A DNA stretch of 64,000 nucleotides from Eledone cirrhosa (Eukaryota). The notes beneath the pieces are model-generated. The model did not search any database. It worked only from the letters and a program-made list of their open reading frames with translations, and was not told the DNA's origin. The position numbers and the translations under genes were made by a program. The stretch is taken from positions 176,266,001-176,330,000 of the forward strand of contig OZ024740.1 in the NCBI GenBank assembly GCA_964016885.1. The letters run 5' to 3'. Each line of letters begins with the position of its first letter. Within the stretch, counting starts at the first letter, position 1. This document shows, in pieces, positions 39,801 through 54,800 of the stretch.

Positions 39801-42800
39801 GTTCAATTTCTAGATGAGTATATATATATATGTTATGTAACAACAAGAACGTATTGGGAAGAAGTGTGTTTTCTGTATCAATGTAAGAACCATGCTTGAT
39901 GAATTTATATTATTTTAAAGATCAATTTTGAAACCTCTATTTGATCGTAAAATTGACGTTTCTATATTATTTAACTTTAAACAAATGTAATGCAAAAATA
40001 TGTGTGTTAGAAGTTACACAGAAACACACAAACACCCGCCTCACATATATGCTACACACAGTCACAAATTTCAAGCTAAAGTGTGGCTAAAAGATGGGTT
40101 TTTAGTATATCATGTATATGAAATCAGATTTCATATACATGAAATACACATAACCATTTACGTTACATAAGATACTGAAGGTGAGACGCTATGTTTAACT
40201 CCCAGTTAGGCTTAAATATGTCTGGCACCTATTACTGATTTTCTTGATATTATCTATGAAAGTTTACAAGCGCATTATATGTTCTAATATATATATTTCT
40301 TTGTTCTTTTTTGTTTACAGAACCTAGCGAAGTACCAGGAAAAGATTCCCATACAACAGGTGATATGATGAAACATCTTTTACTGTATTATATATACTTC
40401 TTTATATACATAACTCTTTTACATGATATATATGGAAAATGGGAATTAGGGAGCAGAAGGTAGCGTTCAATTTCTAGATGAGTATATATATATATATATA
40501 TGCTATGTAACAACAAGAACGTATTTGGGAGAAGTGTGTTTTCTGTATCAATGTAACAACCATGCTTGATGAATTTATATTATTTTAAAGATCAATTTTG
40601 AAACCTCTTTTTGAACGTAAATTTGACGTTTCTATATTATTTAAATTTAAACAAATGTAATGCAAAAGCATGCGTATAGGAAGTTACACAGAAACACACA
40701 AACACCAGCCTCACATATATGTTACACACAGTCACACATTTCAAGCACACACGAATAAACACACCAAACTGCCCATTTTGTATGTTTTATTAAAAACATT
40801 ATGATATATAGAAGAATTTTGTGACTAACAGTTGGTAGAGAATACATACAAAAGCTGATATCTTTAGCGTCTCTGAAATCAAACGGCAGAATTAAATTAA
40901 TTTTCCGAATTCAATTAATCAAGGAAAGTAAGTTCAGCCGATCAGAACGGACACAAATACCCTAGTCAACATAAACTGAAGTGTGGCTAAAAGATGGGTT
41001 TTCAGCAATCACTATCATATATAAAATAAATATTATTTAAAATATACTTGCGCTCAATCAGTTATTTCATACATACCCCATAGTAGGAAACCACTGTTTG
41101 AAATCAGATTTCATAAACATGAAATATACAGAACCATTTACGTCACATTAGATACTGAAGGTGAGAGGTTATGTTTAACTCTCAGAGAGGTTTAACTAAT
41201 TTTGGAACGTATTTCTGTTCTTTTTTAAATGTTACGTATAATCGATTCCAAACGCAATATATTTTCTATAATATATATTTCTTTATTCTTTTCTATTAAC
41301 AGTATATGACAACACACCAGGAAGCTATTATTATACCACAGGTGATATGATGGAAAATGTTATATTTTATTATATATACTTCTTTAAATACATAACTCTT
41401 TACATAATATATATGGAACAATTCGAATACAAAATAGAAAGTAGGGTTCAATAACTCCATGAGTATATATGTTTTATACAAACAAGAATGTATTTGGGAG
41501 TCGTGTGTTTCCTCTACGATTATAGCATCCTCATTTTATAAATTTATTTTATTTTAACGCCTACTTTTGAATGTTGTTTTTGAACGTGAATTAGACGTTT
41601 AAAAGGAATATTAAACCGTCTACAAATTTAATGAGTGCAGAAATATACGAAGATGCACAGAAACTCACAATTGGCCGCAACGGAGATATTTATACAAATA
41701 TGCATAAACCAGCCAAACTACATTATTTGTAGCAATGTATTTCAATCATGATGATATATAGAGCAGCTCTAAGACTATAGTTTGTTATTGAATACATACA
41801 AAAGCTGATGATAAAATATGATGATATGTAGCGCACCCCAATCATGAATACATGTAGTGCACCTCTAGGAGATGTGTTTTCAGCAATCACTATGATATAC
41901 TTAAGAAATATTATTCAAAATCTACAACCAGTTATTTTATTCATACACCATATTAGGAAACCACTGTTAGAAATCATATTTCATATACATGAAATACACA
42001 TAACCATTTACGTTACATAAGATACTGAAGGTGAGACGTTATGTTTAACTGCCAGTTAGGCTTAAATAAGTCTGGCACGTATTACTGATTTTCTTGATAT
42101 TATCTATGAAAGTTTACAAGCGCATTATATGTTCTAATATATATATTTCTTTGTTCTTTTTTGTTTACAGAACCTAGCGAAGTACCAGGAAAAGATTCCC
42201 ATACAACAGGTGATATGATGAAACATCTTTTACTGTATTATATATACTTCTTTATATACATAACTCTTTTACATGATATATATGGAAATGGGAATTAGGG
42301 AGCAGAAGTTAGCGTTCAATTTCTAGATGAGTATATATATATATATATGTTATGTAACAACAAGAACGTATTTGGAAGAAGTGTGTTTTCTGTATCAATG
42401 TAAGAACCATGCTTGATGAATTTATATTATTTTAAAGATCAATTTTGAAACCTCTATTTGATCGTAAAATTGACGTTTCTATATTATTTAACTTTAAACA
42501 AATGTAATGCAAAAATATGTGTGTTAGAAGTTACACAGAAACACACAAACACCCGCCTCACATATATGCTACACACAGTCACAAATTTCAAGCTAAAGTG
42601 TGGCTAAAAGATGGGTTTTTAGTATATCATGTATATGAAATCAGATTTCATATACATGAAATACACATAACCATTTACGATACATAAGATACTGAAGGTG
42701 AGACGCTATGTTTAACTCCCAGTTAGGCTTAAATATGTCTGGCACCTATTACTGATTTTCTTGATATTATCTATGAAAGTTTACAAGCGCATTATATGTT

Positions 42801-45800
42801 CTAATATATATATTTCTTTGTTCTTTTTTGTTTACAGAACCTAACGAGGTACCACGAAAAGATTCCCATACAACAGGTGATATGATGAAACATGTTTTAT
42901 TGTATTATATATACTTCTTTATATACATAACTCTTTTACATGATATATATGGAAGATGGGAATTAGGTGGTAGAAGGTAGCGTTCAATTTCTAGATGAGT
43001 ATATATATATATATATGTTATGTAACAACAAGAACGTATTTGGAAGAAGTGTGTTTTCTGTATCAATGTAACAACCATGCTTGATGAATTTATATTATTT
43101 TAAAGATGAATTTTGAAACCTCTTTTTGAACGTAAATTTGACGTTTCTATATTATTTAACTTTAAACAAATGTAATGCAAAAGCATGCGTGTAGGAAGTT
43201 ACACAGAAACACACAAACACCCGCCTCACATATATGTTACACACAGTCACACATTTCAAGCACACACGAATAAACACACCAAACTGCCCATTTTGTATGT
43301 TTTATTAAAAACATTATGATATATAGAAGAATTTTGTGACTAACAGTTGGTAGAGAATACATACAAAAGCTGATATCTTTAGCGTCTCTGAAATCAAACG
43401 GCAGAGTTAAATTAATTTTCCGAATTCAATTAATCAAGGAAAGTAAGTTCAGCCGATCAGAACGGACACAAATACCCTAGTCAACATAAACTGAAGTGTG
43501 GCTAAAAGATGGGTTTTCAGCAATCACTATCATGTATAAAATAAATATTATTTAAAATATACTTGCGCTCAATCAGTTATTTCATACATACCCCATAGTA
43601 GGAAACCACTGTTTGAAATCAGATTTCATAAACATGAAATATACAGAACCATTTACGTCACATTAGATACTGAAGGTGAGAGGTTATGTTTAACTCTCAG
43701 AGAGGTTTAACTAATTTTGGAACGTATTTCTGTTCTTTTTTAAACGTTACGTATAATCGATTCCAAACGCAATATATTTTCTATAATATATATTTCTTTA
43801 TTCTTTTCTATTAACAGTATATGACAACACACCACGAAACTATTATTATACCACAGGTGATATGATGGAAAATGTTATATTTTATTATATATACTTCTTT
43901 AAATACATAACTCTTTACATAATATATATGGAACAATTCGAATACAAAATAGAAAGTAGGGTTCAATAACTCCATGAGTATATATGTTTTATACAAACAA
44001 GAATGTATTTGGGAGTCGTGTGTTTCCTCTACGATTATAGCATCCTCATTTTATAAATTTATTTTATTTTAACGCCCACTTTTGAATGTTGCTTTTGAAC
44101 GTGAATTAGACGTTTAAAAGGAATATTAAACCGTCTACAAATTTAATGAGTGCAGAAATATACGAAGATGCACAGAAACTCACAATTGGCCGCAACGGAG
44201 ATATTTATACACATATGCATAAACCAGCCAAACTACATTATTTGTAGCAATGTATTTCAATCATGATGATATATAGAGCAGCTCTAAGACTATAGATTGT
44301 TATTGAATACATACAAAAGCTGATGATAAAATATGATGATATGTAGCGCACCAAAATCATGATTACATGTAGTGTACCTCTAGGAGATGTGTTTTCAGCA
44401 ATCACTATGATATACTTAAGAAATATTATTCAAAATCTACAACCAGTTATTTTATTCATACACCATATTAGGAAACCACTGTTAGAAATCATATTTCATA
44501 TACATGAAATACACATAACCATTTACGTTACATAAGATACTGAAGGTGAGACGTTATGTTTAACTCCCAGTTAGGCTTAAATAAGTCTGGCACGTATTAC
44601 TGATTTTCTTGATATTATCTATGAAAGTTTACAAGCGCATTATATGTTCTAATATATATATTTCTTTGTTCTTTTTTGTTTACAGAACCTAGCGAAGTAC
44701 CAGGAAAAGATTTCCATACAACAGGTGATATTATGAAACTTCTTTTACTGTATTGTATATACTTCTTTATATACATAACTCTTTTACATGATATATATGG
44801 AAAATGGGAATTAGGGAGCAGAAGGTAGCGTTCAATTTCTAGATGAGTATATATATATATATATATGTTATGTAACAACAAGAACGTATTTGGAAGAAGT
44901 GTGTTTTCTGTATCAATGTAAGAACTATGCTTGATGAATTTATATTATTTTAAAGATCAATTTTGAAACCTCTATTTGATCGTAAAATTGACGTTTCTAT
45001 ATTATTTAACTTTAAACAAATGTAATGCAAAAGCATGCGTATAGGAAGTTACACAGAAACACACAAACACCAGCCTCACATATATGTTACACACAGTCAC
45101 ACATTTCAAGCACACACGAATAAACACACCAAACTGCCCATTTTGTATGTTTTATTAAAAACATTATGATATATAGAAGAATTTTGTGACTAACAGTTGG
45201 TAGAGAATACATACAAAAGCTGATATCTTTAGCGTCTCTGAAATCAAACGGCAGAATTAAATTAATTTTCCGAATTCAATTAATCAAGGAAAGTAAGTTC
45301 AGCCGATCAGAACGGACACAAATACCCTAGTCAACATAAACTGAAGTGTGGCTAAAAGATGGGTTTTCAGCAATCACTATCATATATAAAATAAATATTA
45401 TTTAAAATATACTTGCGCTCAATCAGTTATTTCATACATACCCCATAGTAGGAAACCACTGTTTGAAATCAGATTTCATAAACATGAAATATACAGAACC
45501 ATTTACGTCACATTAGATACTGAAGGTGAGAGGTTATGTTTAACTCTCAGAGAGGTTTAACTAATTTTGGAACGTATTTCTGTTCTTTTTTAAATGTTAC
45601 GTATAATCGATTCCAAACGCAATATATTTTCTATAATATATATTTCTTTATTCTTTTCTATTAACAGTATATGACAACACACCAGGAAGCTATTATTATA
45701 CCACAGGTGATATGATGGAAAATGTTATATTTTATTATATATACTTCTTTAAATACATAACTCTTTACATAATATATATGGAACAATTCGAATACAAAAT

Positions 45801-48800
45801 AGAAAGTAGGGTTCAATAACTCCATGAGTATATATGTTTTATACAAACAAGAATGTATTTGGGAGTCGTGTGTTTCCTCTACGATTATAGCATCCTCATT
45901 TTATAAATTTATTTTATTTTAACGCCTACTTTTGAATGTTGTTTTTGAACGTGAATTAGACGTTTAAAAGGAATATTAAACCGTCTACAAATTTAATGAG
46001 TGCAGAAATATACGAAGATGCACAGAAACTCACAATTGGCCGCAACGGAGATATTTATACAAATATGCATAAACCAGCCAAACTACATTATTTGTAGCAA
46101 TGTATTTCAATCATGATGATATATAGAGCAGCTCTAAGACTATAGTTTGTTATTGAATACATACAAAAGCTGATGATAAAATATAATGATATGTAGCGCA
46201 CCCCAATCATGAATACATGTAGTGCACCTCTAGGAGATGTGTTTTCAGCAATCACTATGATATACTTAAGAAATATTATTCAAAATCTACAACCAGTTAT
46301 TTTATTCATACACCATATTAGGAAACCACTGTTAGAAATCATATTTCATATACATGAAATACACATAACCATTTACGTTACATAAGATACTGAAGGTGAG
46401 ACGTTATGTTTAACTCCCAGTTAGGCTTAAATAAGTCTGGCACGTATTACTGATTTTCTTGATATTATCTATGAAAGTTTACAAGCGCATTATATGTTCT
46501 AATATATATATTTCTTTGTTCTTTTTTGTTTACAGAACCTAGCGAAGTACCAGGAAAAGATTTCCATACAACAGGTGATATTATGAAACATCTTTTACTG
46601 TATTGTATATACTTCTTTATATACATAACTCTTTTACATGATATATATGGAAAATGGGAATTAGGGAGCAGAAGGTAGCGTTCAATTTCTAGATGAGTAT
46701 ATATATATATATATATGTTATGTAACAACAAGAACGTATTTGGAAGAAGTGTGTTTTCTGTATCAATGTAAGAACTATGCTTGATGAATTTATATTATTT
46801 TAAAGATCAATTTTGAAACCTCTATTTGATCGTAAAATTGACGTTTCTATATTATTTAACTTTAAACAAATGTAATGCAAAAATATGTGTGTTAGAAGTT
46901 ACACAGAAACACACAAACACCCGCCTCACATATATGCTACACACAGTCACAAATTTCAAGCTAAAGTGTGGCTAAAAGATGGGTTTTTAGTATATCATGT
47001 ATATGAAATCATATTTCATATACATGAAATACACATAACCATTTACGTTACATAAGATACTGAAGGTGAGACGCTATGTTTAACTCCCAGTTAGGCTTAA
47101 ATATGTCTGGCACCTATTACTGATTTTCTTGATATTATCTATGAAAGTTTACAAGCGCATTATATGTTCTAATATATATATTTCTTTGTTCTTTTTTGTT
47201 TACAGAACCTAACGAGGTACCACGAAAAGATTCCCATACAACAGGTGATATGATGAAACATCTTTTATTGTATTATATATACTTCTTTATATACATAACT
47301 CTTTTACATGATATATATGGAAGATGGGAATTAGGTGGTAGAAGGTAGCGTTCAATCTCTAGATGAGTATATATATATATATATGTTATGTAACAACAAG
47401 AACGTATTTGGAAGAAATGTGTTTTTTGTATCAATGTAAGAACCATGCTTGATGAATTTATATTATTTTAAAGATCAATTTTGAAACCTCTTTTTGAACG
47501 TAAATTTGACGTTTCTATATTATTTAACTTTAAACAAATGTAATGCAAAAGCATATTATCTATGAATGTTTTCAAGCGCATTATATGTTCTAATATATAT
47601 TTATTCCTCTGTTCTTTTTTGTTTACAGAACCTAACGAAGTACCAGGAAAAGATTCCCATACAACAGGTGATATGATGGACGATCTTTTATTGTATTATA
47701 CATACTTCTTTCTAGACATAACTCTTTTACATGATATATATGGAAAATGGGAATTAGGGAGCAGAAGGTAGCGTTCAATTTCTAGATGAGTATATATATA
47801 TATGTTATGTAACAACAAGAACGTATTGGGAAGAAGTGTGTTTTCTGTATCAATGTAAGAACCATGCTTGATGAATTTATATTATTTTAAAGATCAATTT
47901 TGAAACCTCTATTTGATCGTAAAATTGACGTTTCTATATTATTTAACTTTAAACAAATGTAATGCAAAAATATGTGTGTTAGAAGTTACACAGAAACACA
48001 CAAACACCCGCCTCACATATATGCTACACACAGTCACAAATTTCAAGCTAAAGTGTGGCTAAAAGATGGGTTTTTAGTATATCATGTATATGAAATCAGA
48101 TTTCATATACATGAAATACACATAACCATTTACGTTACATAAGATACTGAAGGTGAGACGCTATGTTTAACTCCCAGTTAGGCTTAAATATGTCTGGCAC
48201 CTATTACTGATTTTCTTGATATTATCTATGAAAGTTTACAAGCGCATTATATGTTCTAATATATATATTTCTTTGTTCTTTTTTGTTTACAGAACCTAGC
48301 GAAGTACCAGGAAAAGATTCCCATACAACAGGTGATATGATGAAACATCTTTTACTGTATTATATATACTTCTTTATATACATAACTCTTTTACATGATA
48401 TATATGGAAAATGGGAATTAGGGAGCAGAAGGTAGCGTTCAATTTCTAGATGAGTATATATATATATATATATGCTATGTAACAACAAGAACGTATTTGG
48501 GAGAAGTGTGTTTTCTGTATCAATGTAACAACCATGCTTGATGAATTTATATTATTTTAAAGATCAATTTTGAAACCTCTTTTTGAACGTAAATTTGACG
48601 TTTCTATATTATTTAAATTTAAACAAATGTAATGCAAAAGCATGCGTATAGGAAGTTACACAGAAACACACAAACACCAGCCTCACATATATGTTACACA
48701 CAGTCACACATTTCAAGTACACACGAATAAACACACCAAACTGCCCATTTTGTATGTTTTATTAAAAACATTATGATATATAGAAGAATTTTGTGACTAA

Positions 48801-51800
48801 CAGTTGGTAGAGAATACATACAAAAGCTGATATCTTTAGCGTCTCTGAAATCAAACGGCAGAATTAAATTAATTTTCCGAATTCAATTAATCAAGGAAAG
48901 TAAGTTCAGCCGATCAGAACGGACACAAATACCCTAGTCAACATAAACTGAAGTGTGGCTAAAAGATGGGTTTTCAGCAATCACTATCATATATAAAATA
49001 AATATTATTTAAAATATACTTGCGCTCAATCAGTTATTTCATACATACCCCATAGTAGGAAACCACTGTTTGAAATCAGATTTCATAAACATGAAATATA
49101 CAGAACCATTTACGTCACATTAGATACTGAAGGTGAGAGGTTATGTTTAACTCTCAGAGAGGTTTAACTAATTTTGGAACGTATTACTGTTCTTTTTTAA
49201 ATGTTACGTATAATCGATTCCAAACGCAATATATTTTCTATAATATATATTTCTTTATTCTTTTCTATTAACAGTATATGACAACACACCAGGAAGCTAT
49301 TATTATACCACAGGTGATATGATGGAAAATGTTATATTTTATTATATATACTTCTTTAAATACATAACTCTTTACATAATATATATGGAACAATTCGAAT
49401 ACAAAATAGAAAGTAGGGTTCAATAACTCCATGAGTATATATGTTTTATACAAACAAGAATGTATTTGGGAGTCGTGTGTTTCCTCTACGATTATAGCAT
49501 CCTCATTTTATAAATTTATTTTATTTTAACGCCTACTTTTGAATGTTGTTTTTGAACGTGAATTAGACGTTTAAAAGGAATATTAAACCGTCTACAAATT
49601 TAATGAGTGCAGAAATATACGAAGATGCACAGAAACTCACAATTGGCCGCAACGGAGATATTTATACAAATATGCATAAACCAGCCAAACTACATTATTT
49701 GTAGCAATGTATTTCAATCATGATGATATATAGAGCAGCTCTAAGACTATAGTTTGTTATTGAATACATACAAAAGCTGATGATAAAATATGATGATATG
49801 TAGCGCACCCCAATCATGAATACATGTAGTGCACCTCTAGGAGATGTGTTTTCAGCAATCACTATGATATACTTAAGAAATATTATTCAAAATCTACAAC
49901 CAGTTATTTTATTCATACACCATATTAGGAAACCACTGTTAGAAATCATATTTCATATACATGAAATACACATAACCATTTACGTTACATAAGATACTGA
50001 AGGTGAGACGTTATGTTTAACTCCCAGTTAGGCTTAAATAAGTCTGGCACGTATTACTGATTTTCTTGATATTATCTATGAAAGTTTACAAGCGCATTAT
50101 ATGTTCTAATATATATATTTCTTTGTTCTTTTTTGTTTACAGAACCTAGCGAAGTACCAGGAAAAGATTTCCATACAACAGGTGATATTATGAAACATCT
50201 TTTACTGTATTGTATATACTTCTTTATATACATAACTCTTTTACATGATATATATGGAAAATGGGAATTAGGGAGCAGAAGGTAGCGTTCAATTTCTAGA
50301 TGAGTATATATATATATATATATGTTATGTAACAACAAGAACGTATTTGGAAGAAGTGTGTTTTCTGTATCAATGTAAGAACTATGCTTGATGAATTTAT
50401 ATTATTTTAAAGATCAATTTTGAAACCTCTATTTGATCGTAAAATTGACGTTTCTATATTATTTAACTTTAAACAAATGTAATGCAAAAATATGTGTGTT
50501 AGAAGTTACACAGAAACACACAAACACCCGCCTCACATATATGCTACACACAGTCACAAATTTCAAGCTAAAGTGTGGCTAAAAGATGGGTTTTTAGTAT
50601 ATCATGTATATGAAATCATATTTCATATACATGAAATACACATAACCATTTACGTTACATAAGATACTGAAGGTGAGACGCTATGTTTAACTCCCAGTTA
50701 GGCTTAAATATGTCTGGCACCTATTACTGATTTTCTTGATATTATCTATGAAAGTTTACAAGCGCATTATATGTTCTAATATATATATTTCTTTGTTCTT
50801 TTTTGTTTACAGAACCTAACGAGGTACCACGAAAAGATTCCCATACAACAGGTGATATGATGAAACATCTTTTATTGTATTATATATACTTCTTTATATA
50901 CATAACTCTTTTACATGATATATATGGAAGATGGGAATTAGGTGGTAGAAGGTAGCGTTCAATCTCTAGATGAGTATATATATATATATATGTTATGTAA
51001 CAACAAGAACGTATTTGGAAGAAATGTGTTTTTTGTATCAATGTAAGAACCATGCTTGATGAATTTATATTATTTTAAAGATCAATTTTGAAACCTCTTT
51101 TTGAACGTAAATTTGACGTTTCTATATTATTTAACTTTAAACAAATGTAATGCAAAAGCATATTATCTATGAATGTTTTCAAGCGCATTATATGTTCTAA
51201 TATATATTTATTCCTCTGTTCTTTTTTGTTTACAGAACCTAACGAAGTACCAGGAAAAGATTCCCATACAACAGGTGATATGATGGACGATCTTTTATTG
51301 TATTATACATACTTCTTTCTAGACATAACTCTTTTACATGATATATATGGAAAATTGGAATTAGGTGGCAGAAGGTAGCGTCCAATTTCTAGATGAGTAT
51401 ATATATATATATGTTATTTAACAACAAGAACTTATTTGGAAGAAGTATGTTTTCTGTATCAATGTAACAACCATGCTTGATGAATTTATATTATTTCAAA
51501 GATCAATTTTGAATCCTCTTTTTGAACGTAAACTTGACGTTTCAATATTATTTAACTTTAAACAAATGTAATGCAAAAGCATGCGTGTAGGAACTTACAC
51601 AGAAACACACAAACTCCCGCCTCACATATATGCTACACCCAGTCACAAATTTCAAGTACACACGAATAAACACACCAAACTGCCCATTTTGTATGTCTTA
51701 TTAAAAACATTATGATATATAGAAGAATTTTGTGACTAACAGTTGGTAGAGAATACATACAAAAGCTGATATCTTTAGCGTCTCTGAAATCAAACGGCAG

Positions 51801-54800
51801 AATTAAATTAATTTTCCGAAGTCAATTAATCAAGGAAAGTAAGTTCAGCAGATCAGAACGGACACAAATACCCTAGTCAACATTAACTGAAGTGTGGCTA
51901 AAAGATGGGTTTTCAGCAATCACTATCATATATAAAATAAATATTATTAAAATATACTTGTGCTCAATGAGTTATTTCATACATACCCCATAGTAGGAAA
52001 CCACTGTTTGAAATCAGATTTCATAAACATGAAATATACAGAACCTTTTACGTCACATTAGATACTGAAGGTGAAAGGTTATGTTTAACTCTCAGAGAGG
52101 TTTAACTAATTTTGGAACGTATTTCTGTTCTTTTTTAAATGTTACGTATAATCGATTCCAAACGCAATATATTTTCTATAATATATATTTCTTTATTCTT
52201 TTCTATTAACAGTATATGACAACGCACCACGAAGCTATTATTATACAACAGGTGATATGATGGAACATGTTATATTTTATTATATATACTACTTTAAATA
52301 CATAACTCTTTACATAATATATATGGAACAATTCGAATAAATAATAGAAAGTAGGGTTCAATAACTCCATGAGTATATATGTTATATACAAACAAGAACG
52401 TATTTGGGAGTCGTGTGTTTCCTCAACGATTATAGCATCCTCATTTTATAAATTTATTTTATTTTAACGCCCATTTTTGAATGTTGTTTTTGAACGTGAA
52501 TTAGACGTTTAAAAGAAATATTAAACCGTCTACAAATTTAATGCACAAACATGTGTGCAGAAATAGACGAAGATGCACAGAGACTCACAAATGGCCGCAA
52601 CGGAGATATTTATACAAATATGCATAAACTAGCCAAACTACCTAAATTGTAGCAATTTATTTCAATCATGATGATATATAGAGCAGCTCTAAGACTATAG
52701 TTTGTTATTGAATACATACAAAAGCTGATGATAAAATATGATGATATGTAGCGCACCAAAATCATGATGACATGTAGTGCACCTCTAGGAGATGTGTTTT
52801 CAGCAATCACTATGATATACTTAAGAAATATTATTCAAAATCTACAACCTGTTATTTTATTCATACACCATATTAGGAAACCACTGTTAGAAATCAGATT
52901 TCATATACATGAAATACACATAACCATTTACGTTACATAAGATACTGAAGGTGAGACGTTATGTTTAACTCCCAGTTAGGCTTAAATAAGTCTGGAACGT
53001 ATTACTGGTTTTCTTCATATTATCTATGAAAGTTTACAAGCGCATTATATGTTCTAATATATATATTTCTTTGTTCTTTTTTGTTTACAGAACCTAACGA
53101 AGTACCAGGAAAAGATTCCCATACAACAGGTGATATGATGGACGATCTTTTATTGTATTATATATACTTCTTTATATACATAACTCTTTTATATGATATA
53201 TATGGAAAATAGGAATTAGGTGGCAGAAGGTAGCGTTCAATTTCTAGATGAGTATATATATATATATATGTTATGTAACAACAAGAACGTATTTGGAAGA
53301 AGTGTGTTTTCTGTATCAATGTAAAACGAATGCTTGATGAATTTATATTATTTTAAAGATCAATTTTGAAACCTCTTTTTGAACGTAAATTTGCCGTTTC
53401 TATATTATTTAACTTTAAACAAATGTAATGCAAAAGCATGCGTGTAGGAAGTTACACAGAAACACACAAACACCCGCCTCACATATATGCTACACACAGT
53501 CATAAATTTCAAGCACACACGAATAAACACACCAAACTGCCCATTTTGTATGTTTTATTAAAAACATTATGATATATAGAAGAATTTTGTGACTAACAGT
53601 TGGTAGAGAATACATACAAAAGCTGATATCTTTAGCGTCTCTGAAATCAAACGTCAGAATTAAATTAATTTTCCGAATTCAATTAATCAAGGAAAGTAAG
53701 TTCAGCCGATCACAACGGACACAAATACCCTAGTCAACATAAACTGAAGTGTGGCTAGAAGATGGGTTTTCAGCAATCACTATCATATATAAAATAAATA
53801 TTATTTAAAATATACTTGCGCTCAATCAGTTATTTCATACATACCCCATAGTAGGAAACCACTGTTTGAAATCAGATTTCATAAACATGAAATATACAGA
53901 ACCATTTACGTCACATTATATACTGAAGGTGAGAGGTTATGTTTAACTCTCAGAGAGGTTTAACTAATTTTGGAACGTATTTCTGTTCTTTTTTAAATGT
54001 TACGTATAATCGATTCCAAACGCAATATATTTTCTATAATATATATTTCTTTATTCTTTTCTATTAACAGTATATGACAACGCACCACAAAGCTATTATT
54101 ATACCACAGGTGATATGATGGAACATGTTATATTTTATTATATATACTTCTTTAAATACATAACTCTTTACATATTATATATGGAACAATTCGAATAAAA
54201 AATAGAAAGTAGGGTTCAATAACTCCATGAGTATATATGTTTTATACAAACAAAAATGTATTTGAGAGACGTGTGTTTCCTCTACGATTATAGCATCCTC
54301 ATTTTATAAATTTATTTTATTTTAACGTCCATTTTTGAATGTTTTTGAACGTGAATTAGACGTTTAAAAGAAATATTAAACCGTCTCCAAATTTAATGCA
54401 CAAACATGTGTGCAGAAATAGACGAAGATGCACAGAAACTCACAAATGGCAGCAACGGAGATATTTATACACATATGCATAAACCAGCCAAACTACCTAA
54501 TTGGTAGCAATTTATTTCAATTATGATGATATATAGTGCAGCTCTAAGACTATAGTTTGTTATTGAATATATACAAAAGCTGATGATAAAATATGATGAT
54601 ATGTAGCGCACCAAAATCATGATGACATGTAGTGCACCTCTAGGAGATGTGTTTTCAGCAATCACTATGATATACTTAAGAAATATTATTCAAAATCCAA
54701 CAACCTGTTATTTTATTCATACACCATATTAGGAAACAACTGTTAGAAATCAGATTTCATATACATGAAATACACATAACCATTTACGTTACATAAGATA

